DNA of 64,000 nucleotides from NCBI RefSeq assembly GCF_009914755.1, contig NC_060939.1; one strand, 5' to 3'. A program made the position numbers and the translations under genes. The notes under the pieces were generated by a model, which was given only the letters and a program-made list of their open reading frames with translations, ran no database searches and had not been told where the DNA came from. Below, one piece after another: positions 43,807 through 55,110 of this stretch; position 1 is the first letter of the stretch; each line of letters starts with the position of its first letter. Source of the stretch: the human T2T-CHM13v2.0 reference genome, Homo sapiens.

Positions 43807-44165
43807 TGTTATTTCATGGATGCTCAGAAGACATGAGACTCCTGGATCAGAGACAAAGGGCTTTATTACTCATTGACAATAATCAGTATGTGTGTCTGTT
43901 CTTCTTACCTTGTAAGTACCATAGGGGTGATGGTGAGGACCAGGTGGATGTCTGTACCCCCAGTGAGTGTTACAGGAGAGGAATACTGAATTGGGGAAGT
44001 ACACTACTTTGACGTCAAGCAGTAAGCAAGCCTACCCTTTGCCCCAGAGACATACCTTTCCTCTTTCTTCAAGGTTGCTCACTGGGAAATGGCTAGGCAG
44101 TGAATGGTCAGGGTCTTGCATTCTTGGCATACCCAGCAAGACATGTAGAAGCACAGAGACCCATG
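43807..44165 (-). mobile_element. ERVL LTR (LTR40-like)
   Basis: gagacaaagggctttattactca, agcagtaagcaagcctacccttt. Confidence 0.45.
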
Positions 44166-44710
44166 GGTCACTGTCTGCCAAAATGCTTCTTTGCACCGGT
44201 TTTAATGATTTTAGAATAAAGGGAAAAGCGGGTGCCCCATACCACTTCTTTGCCAAATGACTTCTTTTTAATACATTTGCCAGTATTCCCTGATGCATTT
44301 ACTCCAGGTTTTGTCATTCTCAAATTCTAGCCATAGCAAAAAGAGTCAACTCTTGTTTGAAGACCACCTTTAACAAATTCTAAATACTACTACATTGCAA
44401 ATCTATGGGTTTTCTCTTTTATTTGTAATGGGGACCATTTTAGAATTAGCTAGAGAGATTAGGTTGACAAGCATTGATGAATTTCATTACCACATAATAG
44501 ATGGTTTCTTTTTCATTTCCTTTTCTATTTTTCCGGTTGAACTTCTTTTCGATGTTAAGCCTAGTTTTTGTTGCCAGTGAGTTGTATAATTCCGTAAGTT
44601 ACTGCCCTTCCTAACTAAGGCCCTGACTATAACTTCGCCTTTTTATGGTAACACATATTGAGCTTTGATTGGTAAAACTCTTTGGAGGCGTCCTTCGTGA
44701 ATTTCCTGAC

Positions 44711-45004
<294 letters not shown>

Positions 45005-46061
45005 CAGACTTCTTAGGATAAATAAGAAATAGTAAGGGTTCAATGGTGAGAAGTGGCCTTTTAAGTTGCAAGAAGGAAAATGGCAACACAAGGGACTTTT
45101 GTAAATGTGGTGTAATTCTCCTCCATTGAGGAAGACTGGGACCCGAGGATCAGAGGCATGGAGGGAGAGAACACAAAAAACAGGACCTGGGCTAGAGAAG
45201 AAAGGTCAAGCCAAGGGGTGCAAAAGCCATTCAGCACTCAGCCCACCCCTTACCTTAAAACCTAGCCCACCCCTATTAGCTACTAGGATGGGAATTGTTG
45301 AGTTCAACCAGCCTGATGTTTGCAAGTATGATGTGCTAGACATGGAGTAACGCCTCAGCTTTTTCCTCTCTTCTGAATTTTCATGCAAGGTGGTAGACTC
45401 TGGAGTGGTGAGTGGATGGGAGAGAGAAGGGCCTGCCACTTCCTTCCTGGGGAATCCTCAAGAGGTTTCACCTGCGTTGCAGAGACTGAGTTGCTGAGCA
45501 GGTATCTGTGCCTATATGTGGTCACTCTTTTAGGAGATTTTACACTTCTCACTGGGCCTCTTCTTGGAGTTGTTTTTTTTTCTGTTTAACCAATCTCAGT
45601 GGGGTCTTTCAGGACCTTAAAACTGTTTCAAGGGACACCACAGTTAGCCTGGGAAACATAAGAGGAAATATAAGACCTAATTATTAAAGTTTGCACAGCT
45701 TATCATGGAGAGAGCACTGCTTAAGCCCTTCCTAACATAGGCAGATCATCGAGCAAGGAGTCACAAGTGGGTTAGTGACTGAGGGTGAGGGCTCTGGAGC
45801 CAGATGGTCAAGGTTTGCTCCTAACCCTGACTAGCTCTGTAGCTTAGCTTCCTCCCAGATACAACGGGAATGATAATACTGTGTCTCTTATTAGAGATGC
45901 TGTAACGATTATAGGAAGTGACATGAATAGGTGCCATGACTGGCACATAGTAAGTGCTCAATGCGTTGTTATTAAATTGAGGATTGGGCACAAGCCCAAT
46001 CTACTAATTTACATGATTTCTAGATTTAAGCTATAGGAGGTTTTCGTCCTATGATCTGGAG

Positions 46062-46260
46062 CTGCACTGTCCAATATGGCATCCACTAACCACATATGGC
46101 TATTTAAATTAACAAAGCCAAATACAGTGAAAAACTCAGTTCCTCATTTGCACTAGCTAGATTCGAAGACCCAGTAGCCACATGTGACTGTTGGCTAGCA
46201 TTTTGGAGACTGTAGATTGTTGAACATTCCTGTCGCTGCAGAAATTTCTTATGGATAGCT
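46062..46260. mobile_element. MER3/MER33-like relic
   Basis: ctgtccaatatggc, ccacatatggctatttaaatt, tcagttcctcatttgcactagc. Confidence 0.7.
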
Positions 46261-47190
46261 CTGGCCTGGAGGGTTTAAACTTTGAGGGATTTGATGACTG
46301 CGTGTTTTATTTTGGAACTTTTTTCCTGATCCCAGTTTCTTTTCTACAAATAGAAAAGAATGCATGTCGTGCGGCTTACAGGAATGTACAGACTTCAGTG
46401 AGTATGGGATTCACACAGATGAGGAAGCCCTTGCAGATACATAGAGGAGTAGGAGTTTCTCCAAGGTGAAGGCTGAGGCTGTCCTGAGAGGTGGCCAAGG
46501 GTCCCTTCAGTGCCTTTTAGTCTCAGTCTCCTGTGCAGACCCTCTGGGTGAAGGAGGCTGTATTTCCTCCATTGCTTTAGCCCCCAGGAGGACATTCCTG
46601 AGTTCGATATTCTGTCCTGTTTCTCTCGTAGGCACCATATGTCCCAATTTGGGTTCCACAAATATGGTCACTGTGATTATGGGGCACATAAGGCTTTCCA
46701 TTTAAGTTGCTGAGTACAGATCATTAATCCTGTTCAGCCTGTGCCCCCTGAATCTGCAAAGAGGAAGAATCCATCCTGAAAGGGGCCAGAGAGCCAGGAT
46801 GCCTTTGTCTCCCTTTCTTTTGGGTTTTATCTCCATGAGAAGTGGGTGAAGGGTGTCAGCTGTGTATTTGTAGCTAAATAACCGGCTGTCTTCCCAGCTG
46901 ACGATGTAAAAGGAAACCACCCACTTACATTAAAATGTGTTTCTGCTTTATGAGCTCTGAGGGTTCATTAGAGATGGCGTTAATAAGGACTCCTGTGCTC
47001 AGCTGTCAGCTTTCTGCCTTACCTAGGGGGCAGGTAGCACGGGCAAAGCACTCTCTAGGTGCCAGGCCCCATGGGGAACAAGTGGCGGGAGGCAGAAGCT
47101 TTGACTGTTCTGCCCGCAAAGCATGAAGGGTCTCTGGGAGGCAGCCAGGTGCAAGGGGATTTCTGAGCTGCATTTTAAAAAGTGGGAGTG

Positions 47191-47500
<310 letters not shown>

Positions 47501-48289
47501 TTATAAATCTGTGGAAAGGGAAGAAGGGGAGGGGGACATTCTGGGAAGCACAGGTTATGCCAAGTTTTAATTTGAGACAATGAGAACAGGATATTAGAAC
47601 AACTTTATTGCTTCCTAGTTATGCAGTCTTGCATAATTGACTTAACCTTGGTTTTCACATCTGTAAATTTTGGAGGCGGTATCTACCTTATGGGGTTATG
47701 AGTACCTACCTTATCGGGCTGTTCTGAGGATGAATCAGTTAATACAGGTGAAACATTCAGATTCCCACCTGGCTCAGAGGAAGCAATCAGGGAAAATTAG
47801 CTTTCGTCATTATTATTTATCTTCTTCCTCTGCATATTGCTCTTATTATTGAAAGAGAAGTAGTTTTTGGAGATGAATTCAAATGCCATCTCTGCCAGTG
47901 ACCCTGCACAAGCCACTTGGAGCTTTCTGAGCCTCAGTGTGCTCATGATTAAAATGGGGTAATACTATCTGCGTTATGAGGATTCTTGTGAAATTTAGGT
48001 ATTGTCTAGAAAATCCCAGTGCAGGGCCCAGTATAGAGAAGGTACTTAGTAAGTGTTAGTTTCCTTCTCTCCTCCTTCTCCCAAATTTCCTGGTAGTAAT
48101 TTGGCAACCCGTTTAGTTAAAAAGTGATGAGACGAAATGGCATTTGAGCAAGATTAACTCAGCAGCTGTGTGTAGGATGGATTAGCTCATGTGCAACAGT
48201 GCAACTTGGAATACTCTAAACATTGGTTTTTTTTGTTTTTTTTTTTTTTTGGTATCTAGGTATTTGTGTCACAGTTACAAGATGGTTCC

Positions 48290-48510
48290 TTATATCATTA
48301 CAGTAGCTTTTTCCATGTGTCAGGCTACTCTGAATGCTTTACACGTATTTGCTGATTTGACCCTCCAGACAACTATAAAAGGTAGTACTGTTGTTCACAT
48401 TTTACAGATGAAGTAACTGAGGCCAGAGAGATTAACTTGCCCACGATCACCCAGCTAGTGTGTGGTGATGCGGGATTTGAACCCAGGCTTCAGAATCTAT
48501 GCTCTTCACC
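48290..48510. mobile_element. MIR
   Basis: cattttacagatgaagtaactgaggc, gggatttgaacccagg. Confidence 0.8.
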
Positions 48511-48776
48511 TCAGTGATTGACACTTTTGAAATTTCTAGACAGCAGGGGGCTGTTTGTTGCATTTCTGAGTTATGGAACATGGTAAGACTAGGAACCACA
48601 GAAGGTTAATCAGGGGAAAAAGCATAGGCCACCAGGAGGTTTTATCCTAGTCCGGAGAAGTTGGGTAGGGAAGGGCAGGCCCCCAAGACTTTCTAAACGT
48701 AGCTGGGATGTTGTGCCCCCCTCTGGGCTCATCTGGGCCTGTCCCCTGCTCTACTTGTGGAAGCTGCCTTGGGTGC

Positions 48777-49185
48777 TGTATTAGATTGTTCTTGCATTGC
48801 TATAAAGAAATACCTGAGACTCAGTAATATATAAGAAAAGAGGTTTAATTGGCTTATGGTATGGCAGGCTCTACAGGAAGCTAGTGCCAGCATCTGCTTC
48901 TGGGGAGGCCTCTGGGAAGCTTCCAATCATGGTAGAAGGGAAAGGAGGAGCAGGCACGTCAAATGGCCAAAACAGGAACGAGAGAGAGAATTGGGAGGTG
49001 CCACACACTTTTCAACGATCAGATCAAGAACTCGCTCATTATCACAAGAACAGCACCAAGAGGATGGTGCTGAACCATTCATGAGAAATCCACTCCCATA
49101 ATCCAATCACCTCCCGCCAGGCCCCACTTCCAACATTGTGGATTGCAACTTAACATGAGATTTGGGTGGGGACACAGATCATATA
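48777..49185 (-). mobile_element. MST (MSTA/B-like) MaLR solo LTR
   Basis: tgtattag..cattgctataaagaaatacctgagact start; gagatttgggtggggacacagatc end; TSD ggtgc (48772-48776) / ggcgc (49186-49190). Confidence 0.9.
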
Positions 49186-52100
49186 GGCGCTATAGCAGAA
49201 GAATGTGGTTCTGCAGCAGGAGCCTCCACCTCCCAGCTTTGCAGGGCTGGGCAGACCTTCCCCCATGGTTCGCTGGCTGCAGCCAGGCCTGGCAGAGGTG
49301 GGCAGATGCTCAGCCACAGATGGATGCCACGCTGCTGCCAGCTCCAGCACCTCCTAATGAAGTGTTTCATGGGTCCTGCATGAAGGTCAGCAGGCAGTGA
49401 CAGAGGGGGTGCCAGGCTTCTTCCCTCCTCCTCTGCAGCATTCCAGTCATAGCTTGGACTCTTTCCCGTCAGTCTTTGCCTCCTACCCGCCTCCTCCATT
49501 CTCCTCCACACCTTTGCCCAGGACCTCTACGCTGCTATAAAGACATCAGCAGCCCCCGTAGCTCACAGGGTGCTGCTTCGAGCCATGCCAGCCCGCTGCT
49601 GATGTGACACAGCTAGCAATTACTGAGTTCTTCCCACGGGCCAGACACTGGTTCTATCTACTTAGCACAGAGAGGCCTAGTCACTTGCCTGGGGTCACAT
49701 AGCTAGAAAGTAGCAGTCCAACCTTGAACCCTGGCAGTCAGGCTCTGGAGCCTATGTACCCAGCCCCTACCATTTGCACCGGGAGCTCTCACCACATGTT
49801 CCCATTGGGCCCTAAGCTCTTCCTTTTGTTGCCTTTCATTTCCTTCTCTCCTTGTTCCTGGCCCTACCACTTCAAACTTGCTTTCCCTCCTCTCCTAGCA
49901 TCACATCCAATGACAGCAGCTCCTGCCTGGCATTGGAGCCATTCAGATCTCCTGTGTCTCTGGGCCTAGGTTCAGGTCAGTGTCCTGTCTGTTTCTGGTG
50001 CCTTCCTCGGGGTCCTGATACCTGCCCTTTCTGATACACGTGCAATCCAATAGATGACAATGTTTGCCAAGCCTGAGTCTGTGCCAGCACCTTGCTGAGC
50101 ACTTCACAGCCCGTGAGACTCCCCCAAGCAGCTTTTATGGAAGAGGGGATCCAGACTCAGGGACATTGGCTTAAAGAGGTTGTAGCCAGTCCCCAGGGGC
50201 CACTGACTCCAGACCCAGGTGCATATCACAGTGCCAAGGGGCCTTTCTGTGCTTACAGAAATGAATCAGTTGGCATAGTGAATTTCAAATCAGTGCTTAA
50301 ACTGATGGCCCTTTTTGTGGTTCAGGAAATTTGTGACAGGGTGATCCAAGAGCACCACTCATCTGGCACCCTCTGTCACTCAAAAAACCCCTGACACACA
50401 CTCACATGCTCATGTGAGTCGACTGTTTCCTCCTGGCTGTGTTTGTACCAGTGTGCCTGTGAGTATTGATCAGGGTTCAGGGGCATCCTCCACAACCCAG
50501 AGAATGAATGCCCTGTGTAAATCCCCCTTTCTATGGGGAGATGTGAGTGAGTGAGTGGTGAATGAGCGAATATTCTGCTTCCTGATTGCTGCCTCTCTGA
50601 GCAAGGTGTCTGCCCCCTCCTAACCACCCCAGCATTTCTGGAAACCCTTGAGAACATTCCACTTGGGAGCTGCTAAATGTTAATGAGGGATCAGGTCAAG
50701 AGGGGCCCCCTTGACCTTTGCCCTTGGGCTTTGCCACCCTGCCGTTTTAGGAGGGTGATTTATTGAAGTGAAGGTAGAGGGAGTGGGTGGAAAGGAAATC
50801 ACCCTTTAAAATTTATGACCATTTTCTCTGACATTAACGTGCAAGCCTCTGGCCGTGCAATTAGAGGTTGTTAGGCAGCTACAATGGGAAATTAATTCTG
50901 TAGGCTCCCTTGCCTGGTTGTGGGCAGCACTGCTCCAGGGCAGGTGGAAAGTAGGCTTGTTTCACTGGCCTGGCCGGAAGGTTGTAGTGTTCTCCTGAGA
51001 AGGGAATGTGAGCTGGTTTAGGTGTGTTGGGGCAGGGCGGGGCTCGGCTGGGGGGTGGGAGAGAGACACTGAATCAGTGCATGAGTGACCAGCTAGGACT
51101 GAGCCCAAAGACCTGAGATTCCCTGGGAGGCTGTGGGGTCTGCCACCCAGCAGATCTGTGTCACGGGAGTGGCGCTGTCACTCGTTGAGGTGGTGGCCTG
51201 GTTCCTTTGGCCTTAGGGAAGGACAAACTTCAACTCTGAGCCTTGATTGAGTGACCTTGGCCAAGTTACCTAGCTTTTCTGAGCCTCACTTTCTTGGCAA
51301 TTAGATGAACCAGAGGTTTATTTCACTCAGTAAGTAATCTTTTCTCTTCCTTCGTCTTGGAGGTTTTGAAGCTTCTAATCTCCCATGGGTTTTGTACTTT
51401 TTCTTACTCGGGATGTTTGTTTCTCTTTGTCTTTAAAAAAATTATTTTTCCTCCTTTTTAATTTTTATGTTTAAAATATCTTCTATTCATTAACCTTCAT
51501 GGAGCTTGTCTGTGTGCAACTTCATCTGAGAGCGCTCAGGCTTCCCTCTCTCCTCTGCCCAATGCAGTGCTTTGCATACTGTAGGAGCTGCATAAATGCC
51601 ACTGGCTTATGGGCATCTGCAGTTCTGAGAGTGAGGGCTGGGGGCTGGTCTTAGGAGGGCAGCTCTCAGGCTACAAATGGGGGCTTGCACCAGCGTACTG
51701 GCTGAGGACTGCCTGCCTTTGAGCTAGGTCTTACCCATCCACGACAAAAATGAGAGAACAGTACAAGGTGGAGAGTTTGTCATAAGCTTAATTTATTCAA
51801 TTTAGAGTCTTGTTCTTTATTCTAGACAATGCCACCACCTACTGTTTTGCTGTTTAAATGTACCTAATTTTAGGAAATCATAATTTTGGATCACGGCAGC
51901 TTTTCTTATTAAAATTTTACTTGTAGAAATAAAAAGGTGGCACCTCTGTCATTTACCCCTCAATATTTTATATTTGACTCTTCTGTGAAATCCAAAAATG
52001 TAGCAACTGCTGAACCCCACAATGTCTGATCTATAGCAGGCATTTCAGAGCCTCCAGGACTTGATTAGATATTGTTACACAGTGGTGATATGAGAACACA

Positions 52101-52325
52101 CACCTGTCCATCGTTGAGATTTTGTTTTATGTATATTCCTATAGCTGTGCAGGTAAAACATGCCATTTAGCAGTGCTACTATGGCACAACTGCAGGGGGC
52201 ACCATGTAGAGACCGTAGTTGGATGTGGCCTGGAGTTGTGTGTCAGTGGCCATCCCTCTTAGATTGACGATGCCCAGGCTCACTGGTTTTCAAACTTTGT
52301 TTTGCAACAGAACTCTGCTGGAAAT

Positions 52326-52617
52326 GTATGTTTGTTTGTTTGTTTGTTTGTTTCGAGACCGAGTCTTGCTCTGTCGACCAGGCTGGATTGCAGTGGCCCA
52401 ATCTCAGCTCACTGCAACCTCCACCTCCTGGGTGAAGGTAATTCCCAAGAAGCTGGAATTACAGGCGTGCACCACCACGCCCGGCTAATTTTTGAAAAGA
52501 GATGGGGTTTCTCCATGTTGGCCAGCCTGGTCTCAAATTCCTGACCTAAAGTGATCAGGTCACTGATCACTCCTCCCAAGGAGCTGGAATTACAGGCATG
52601 AGCCACCACACCCAGCC
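52326..52617 (-). mobile_element. Rearranged Alu with (TTTG)n tail
   Basis: Reverse-complement Alu with internal deletions; TSD tgctggaaat at 52316-52325 and 52621-52630. Confidence 0.9.
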
Positions 52618-52829
52618 CTTTGCTGGAAATCTTAAGGGGAGTTCCCCTATTGATCAGACAGAGCAGAACTGCTCTGCCCGAGTGGGCGTGGGGCCCAGGG
52701 CCCAGCCGTTTGACCTCGTTCTGCCTCCCTTTCTCTCCTAAAAGCATCTCCCTTGACCTTCTGTCCTTGTAATTAATTCAGGTCTCCACAGAGCACACTG
52801 AAAACCTCAGGTCTAGTCTCATTTCCATT

Positions 52830-53425
52830 TTATAGAAATTGATGGTAAAAGACACATAGCATAAAACGTAGCATCTTACCCATTTGTAAGTGTGCAGCCT
52901 AGTAGTGTTAAGGACACTCCCAGTGTTGTGCAATCTCCAGAATGTTTCGTGTTGCAAAACCGAAACTGCACTCATTAAACAACTCCCCATTCCCCCTCCC
53001 CTCAGCCCTTGGCAACCACCAGTGTGCTTCCTTCTGTCTCTGTGAGTCTTGCTATCCTAGTTACCTCCTGGAAGTGGAACCCTACAGTATCTGTCCTTTT
53101 GTGACTGGTTTACTTCACTTAGTATCATGTCCTCAAGGTTCATCCAAGTTGTAGCCTGTGTCAGAATTTCCTTCCTTTTTAAGGCAGAATCATATTTCAT
53201 TGTAGGTGTAAACCATATTTTGTTTATCCATTCATCTGCTATGGACACTAGGATTGCTTGCACCTATGGCTGCTGTGAATTAATGCTGCTATGAACCATA
53301 GGTGTGCAAAATGTCTTTTGAGTTCCTGCTTTTAATTCTCTTGCTTACACCCAGAAATGGAAATGCTGGATTATATGGTAATTCCATGTTTAATTTTTCG
53401 AGGAACCGCCATACTGTTTTTCATA
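52830..53425 (-). mobile_element. L1MB-type 3' end
   Basis: ccttggcaaccacc, tcctcaaggttcatcca, acccagaaatggaaatgctggattatatggtaattc. Confidence 0.88.
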
Positions 53426-54816
53426 CCCAGTGCATAATTTTCATGTCTCATTGTTGATAAAATAGAGGTGACTAGGAGGCTCCAGGAAGAAGCCAGAGCC
53501 CCAGAGGACACAGAATGGCCTGGGAATGTATTCCCTCCATCTGTGCTAGGTCATGATTTGGGCATCGCTGGCTTCCTCTCCCCAGAGGCCAGCTCTTGCT
53601 GGATTCCAATGACCTGGTTCCCTCTTTGTGCCTCTTCAGGGCTACCCTCTGGTGACTGCCTCCCATGTTGCTTGTCTTGGGTGCCTTAGCATCCCTCGGT
53701 GGGTCCCTTGGCTCTGCCTTCACTTCTGTCAATAGACCTCCATTAGCTGCTCTTCATTGGAAACTTTTGAGCGTGCCATTTGCTACCTGCACATCTTGTC
53801 TGATATAATTACTAGCAGGATGACCTTGGGCACATTGCACAACCTCACTGTACCTCAGTTTCCTTCATCTATAAACTGCCTCCCTAGGGTTGCTGATGTA
53901 TGTTGATCTATTACAAAGGACTGAAAACAGCCACTGGCACATAGGAAGCCCTCACGTAAGTGTTCACCATTATTTGTATGATTACCATATCCCTGTGCAA
54001 GGTCCCTCCTAAGATGTAAGCTGCCTTAGGTCTCCAGGGCTCCCCCTTTGGAATGTGAGCCCCTTACAGATTCAGTACCTGATTTCTGGGCTTCGAGGCA
54101 AGACAGACATGGCCAAGGGGAGAAAAGCAGTATTGGAAGGATGCTCCCAGACCTATCCACCAAAGTGAGACAAAGCATTGGGTGAACCCTCTTCTCAGTA
54201 CCAGCTTCACAGAATAGTAAGCAGCTGCAGCGTGGGGCTCAGAGTGGCTTTGGCTTCTGTGCTTACTTAGCAAGTGATCCGTCACAAGTCCTGCCAGCTC
54301 CCTTTGGAACTCTGTCACCCCGCTCAGCCATGGACAAGCAGACAGCCACGGATATTATGACAATGCAAGTCCTGGAGGGTTTGCATCTCTGATATGGAGG
54401 AGTCAGAGTAATCCTTCCCACTCTCCCCCGAGATGCTTTTCAAAGAGGAGCCTGCTTTGAGTTCTGAACATCTGAGTCTTTCACGAAGGAATGTGGAGAA
54501 ATCGAGGGGGCTTTTCTTCCCTGCAGAACTGATGATGGCCATCCAGAGGGGGAAAGGCACGAGCAGGCTCCCTCTCTCTCTCTTTCTCTCCCCCTCTTTT
54601 TTTGGGTGCAACAGAAACCTTGCACTTCCCTTAAGCTTTCTGTAGTACATGTTAAGATTCCTCTGCCACGCCCAAATTTCAACTTTTCTCCAATATTCTC
54701 TTTAACTTAGAATGAGGACTCAGGCCCTAATTGAATTGTCTTTGAACAGTTTTTGTTCTGAGCTATGAACTGTATATTCCCTTTATTCACCCAACAGATA
54801 TTTATTAAATATTTTT

Positions 54817-55110
54817 GGTTGGGCATGGTGGCTCATGCCTGTAATCCCAGCACTTTGGGAGGCCGAGGCAGGCGATCACGAGGTCAGGAGTTCGAGACAC
54901 CCTGACCAACATGGTGAAACCCTGTCTCTACTAAAAATACAAAAATTAGCTGGGCATGGTGGCGTGTGCCTGTAATCTCAGCTACTTGGGAGGCTGAGGC
55001 AGGAGAATCACTTGAACCTGGGAGGCTGAGGTTGCAGTGAACCTAGATTATACCATTGCACTTCAACCTGGGAGACAGAGTGAGACTCCATCTCAAAAAA
55101 AAAAAAAAAA
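54817..55110 (+). mobile_element. AluSg-like, inside an L2 fragment (about 54780-55700)
   Basis: Full Alu with A16 tail; L2 motifs atgcaaaggtcctgtggc and gagtgtaatgggaatccact downstream. Confidence 0.94.

Noticed and set aside
54567-54614. Long pyrimidine tract ending in CAACAG (cryptic acceptor)
   Set aside because: No convincing donor downstream; explained by a CT low-complexity repeat
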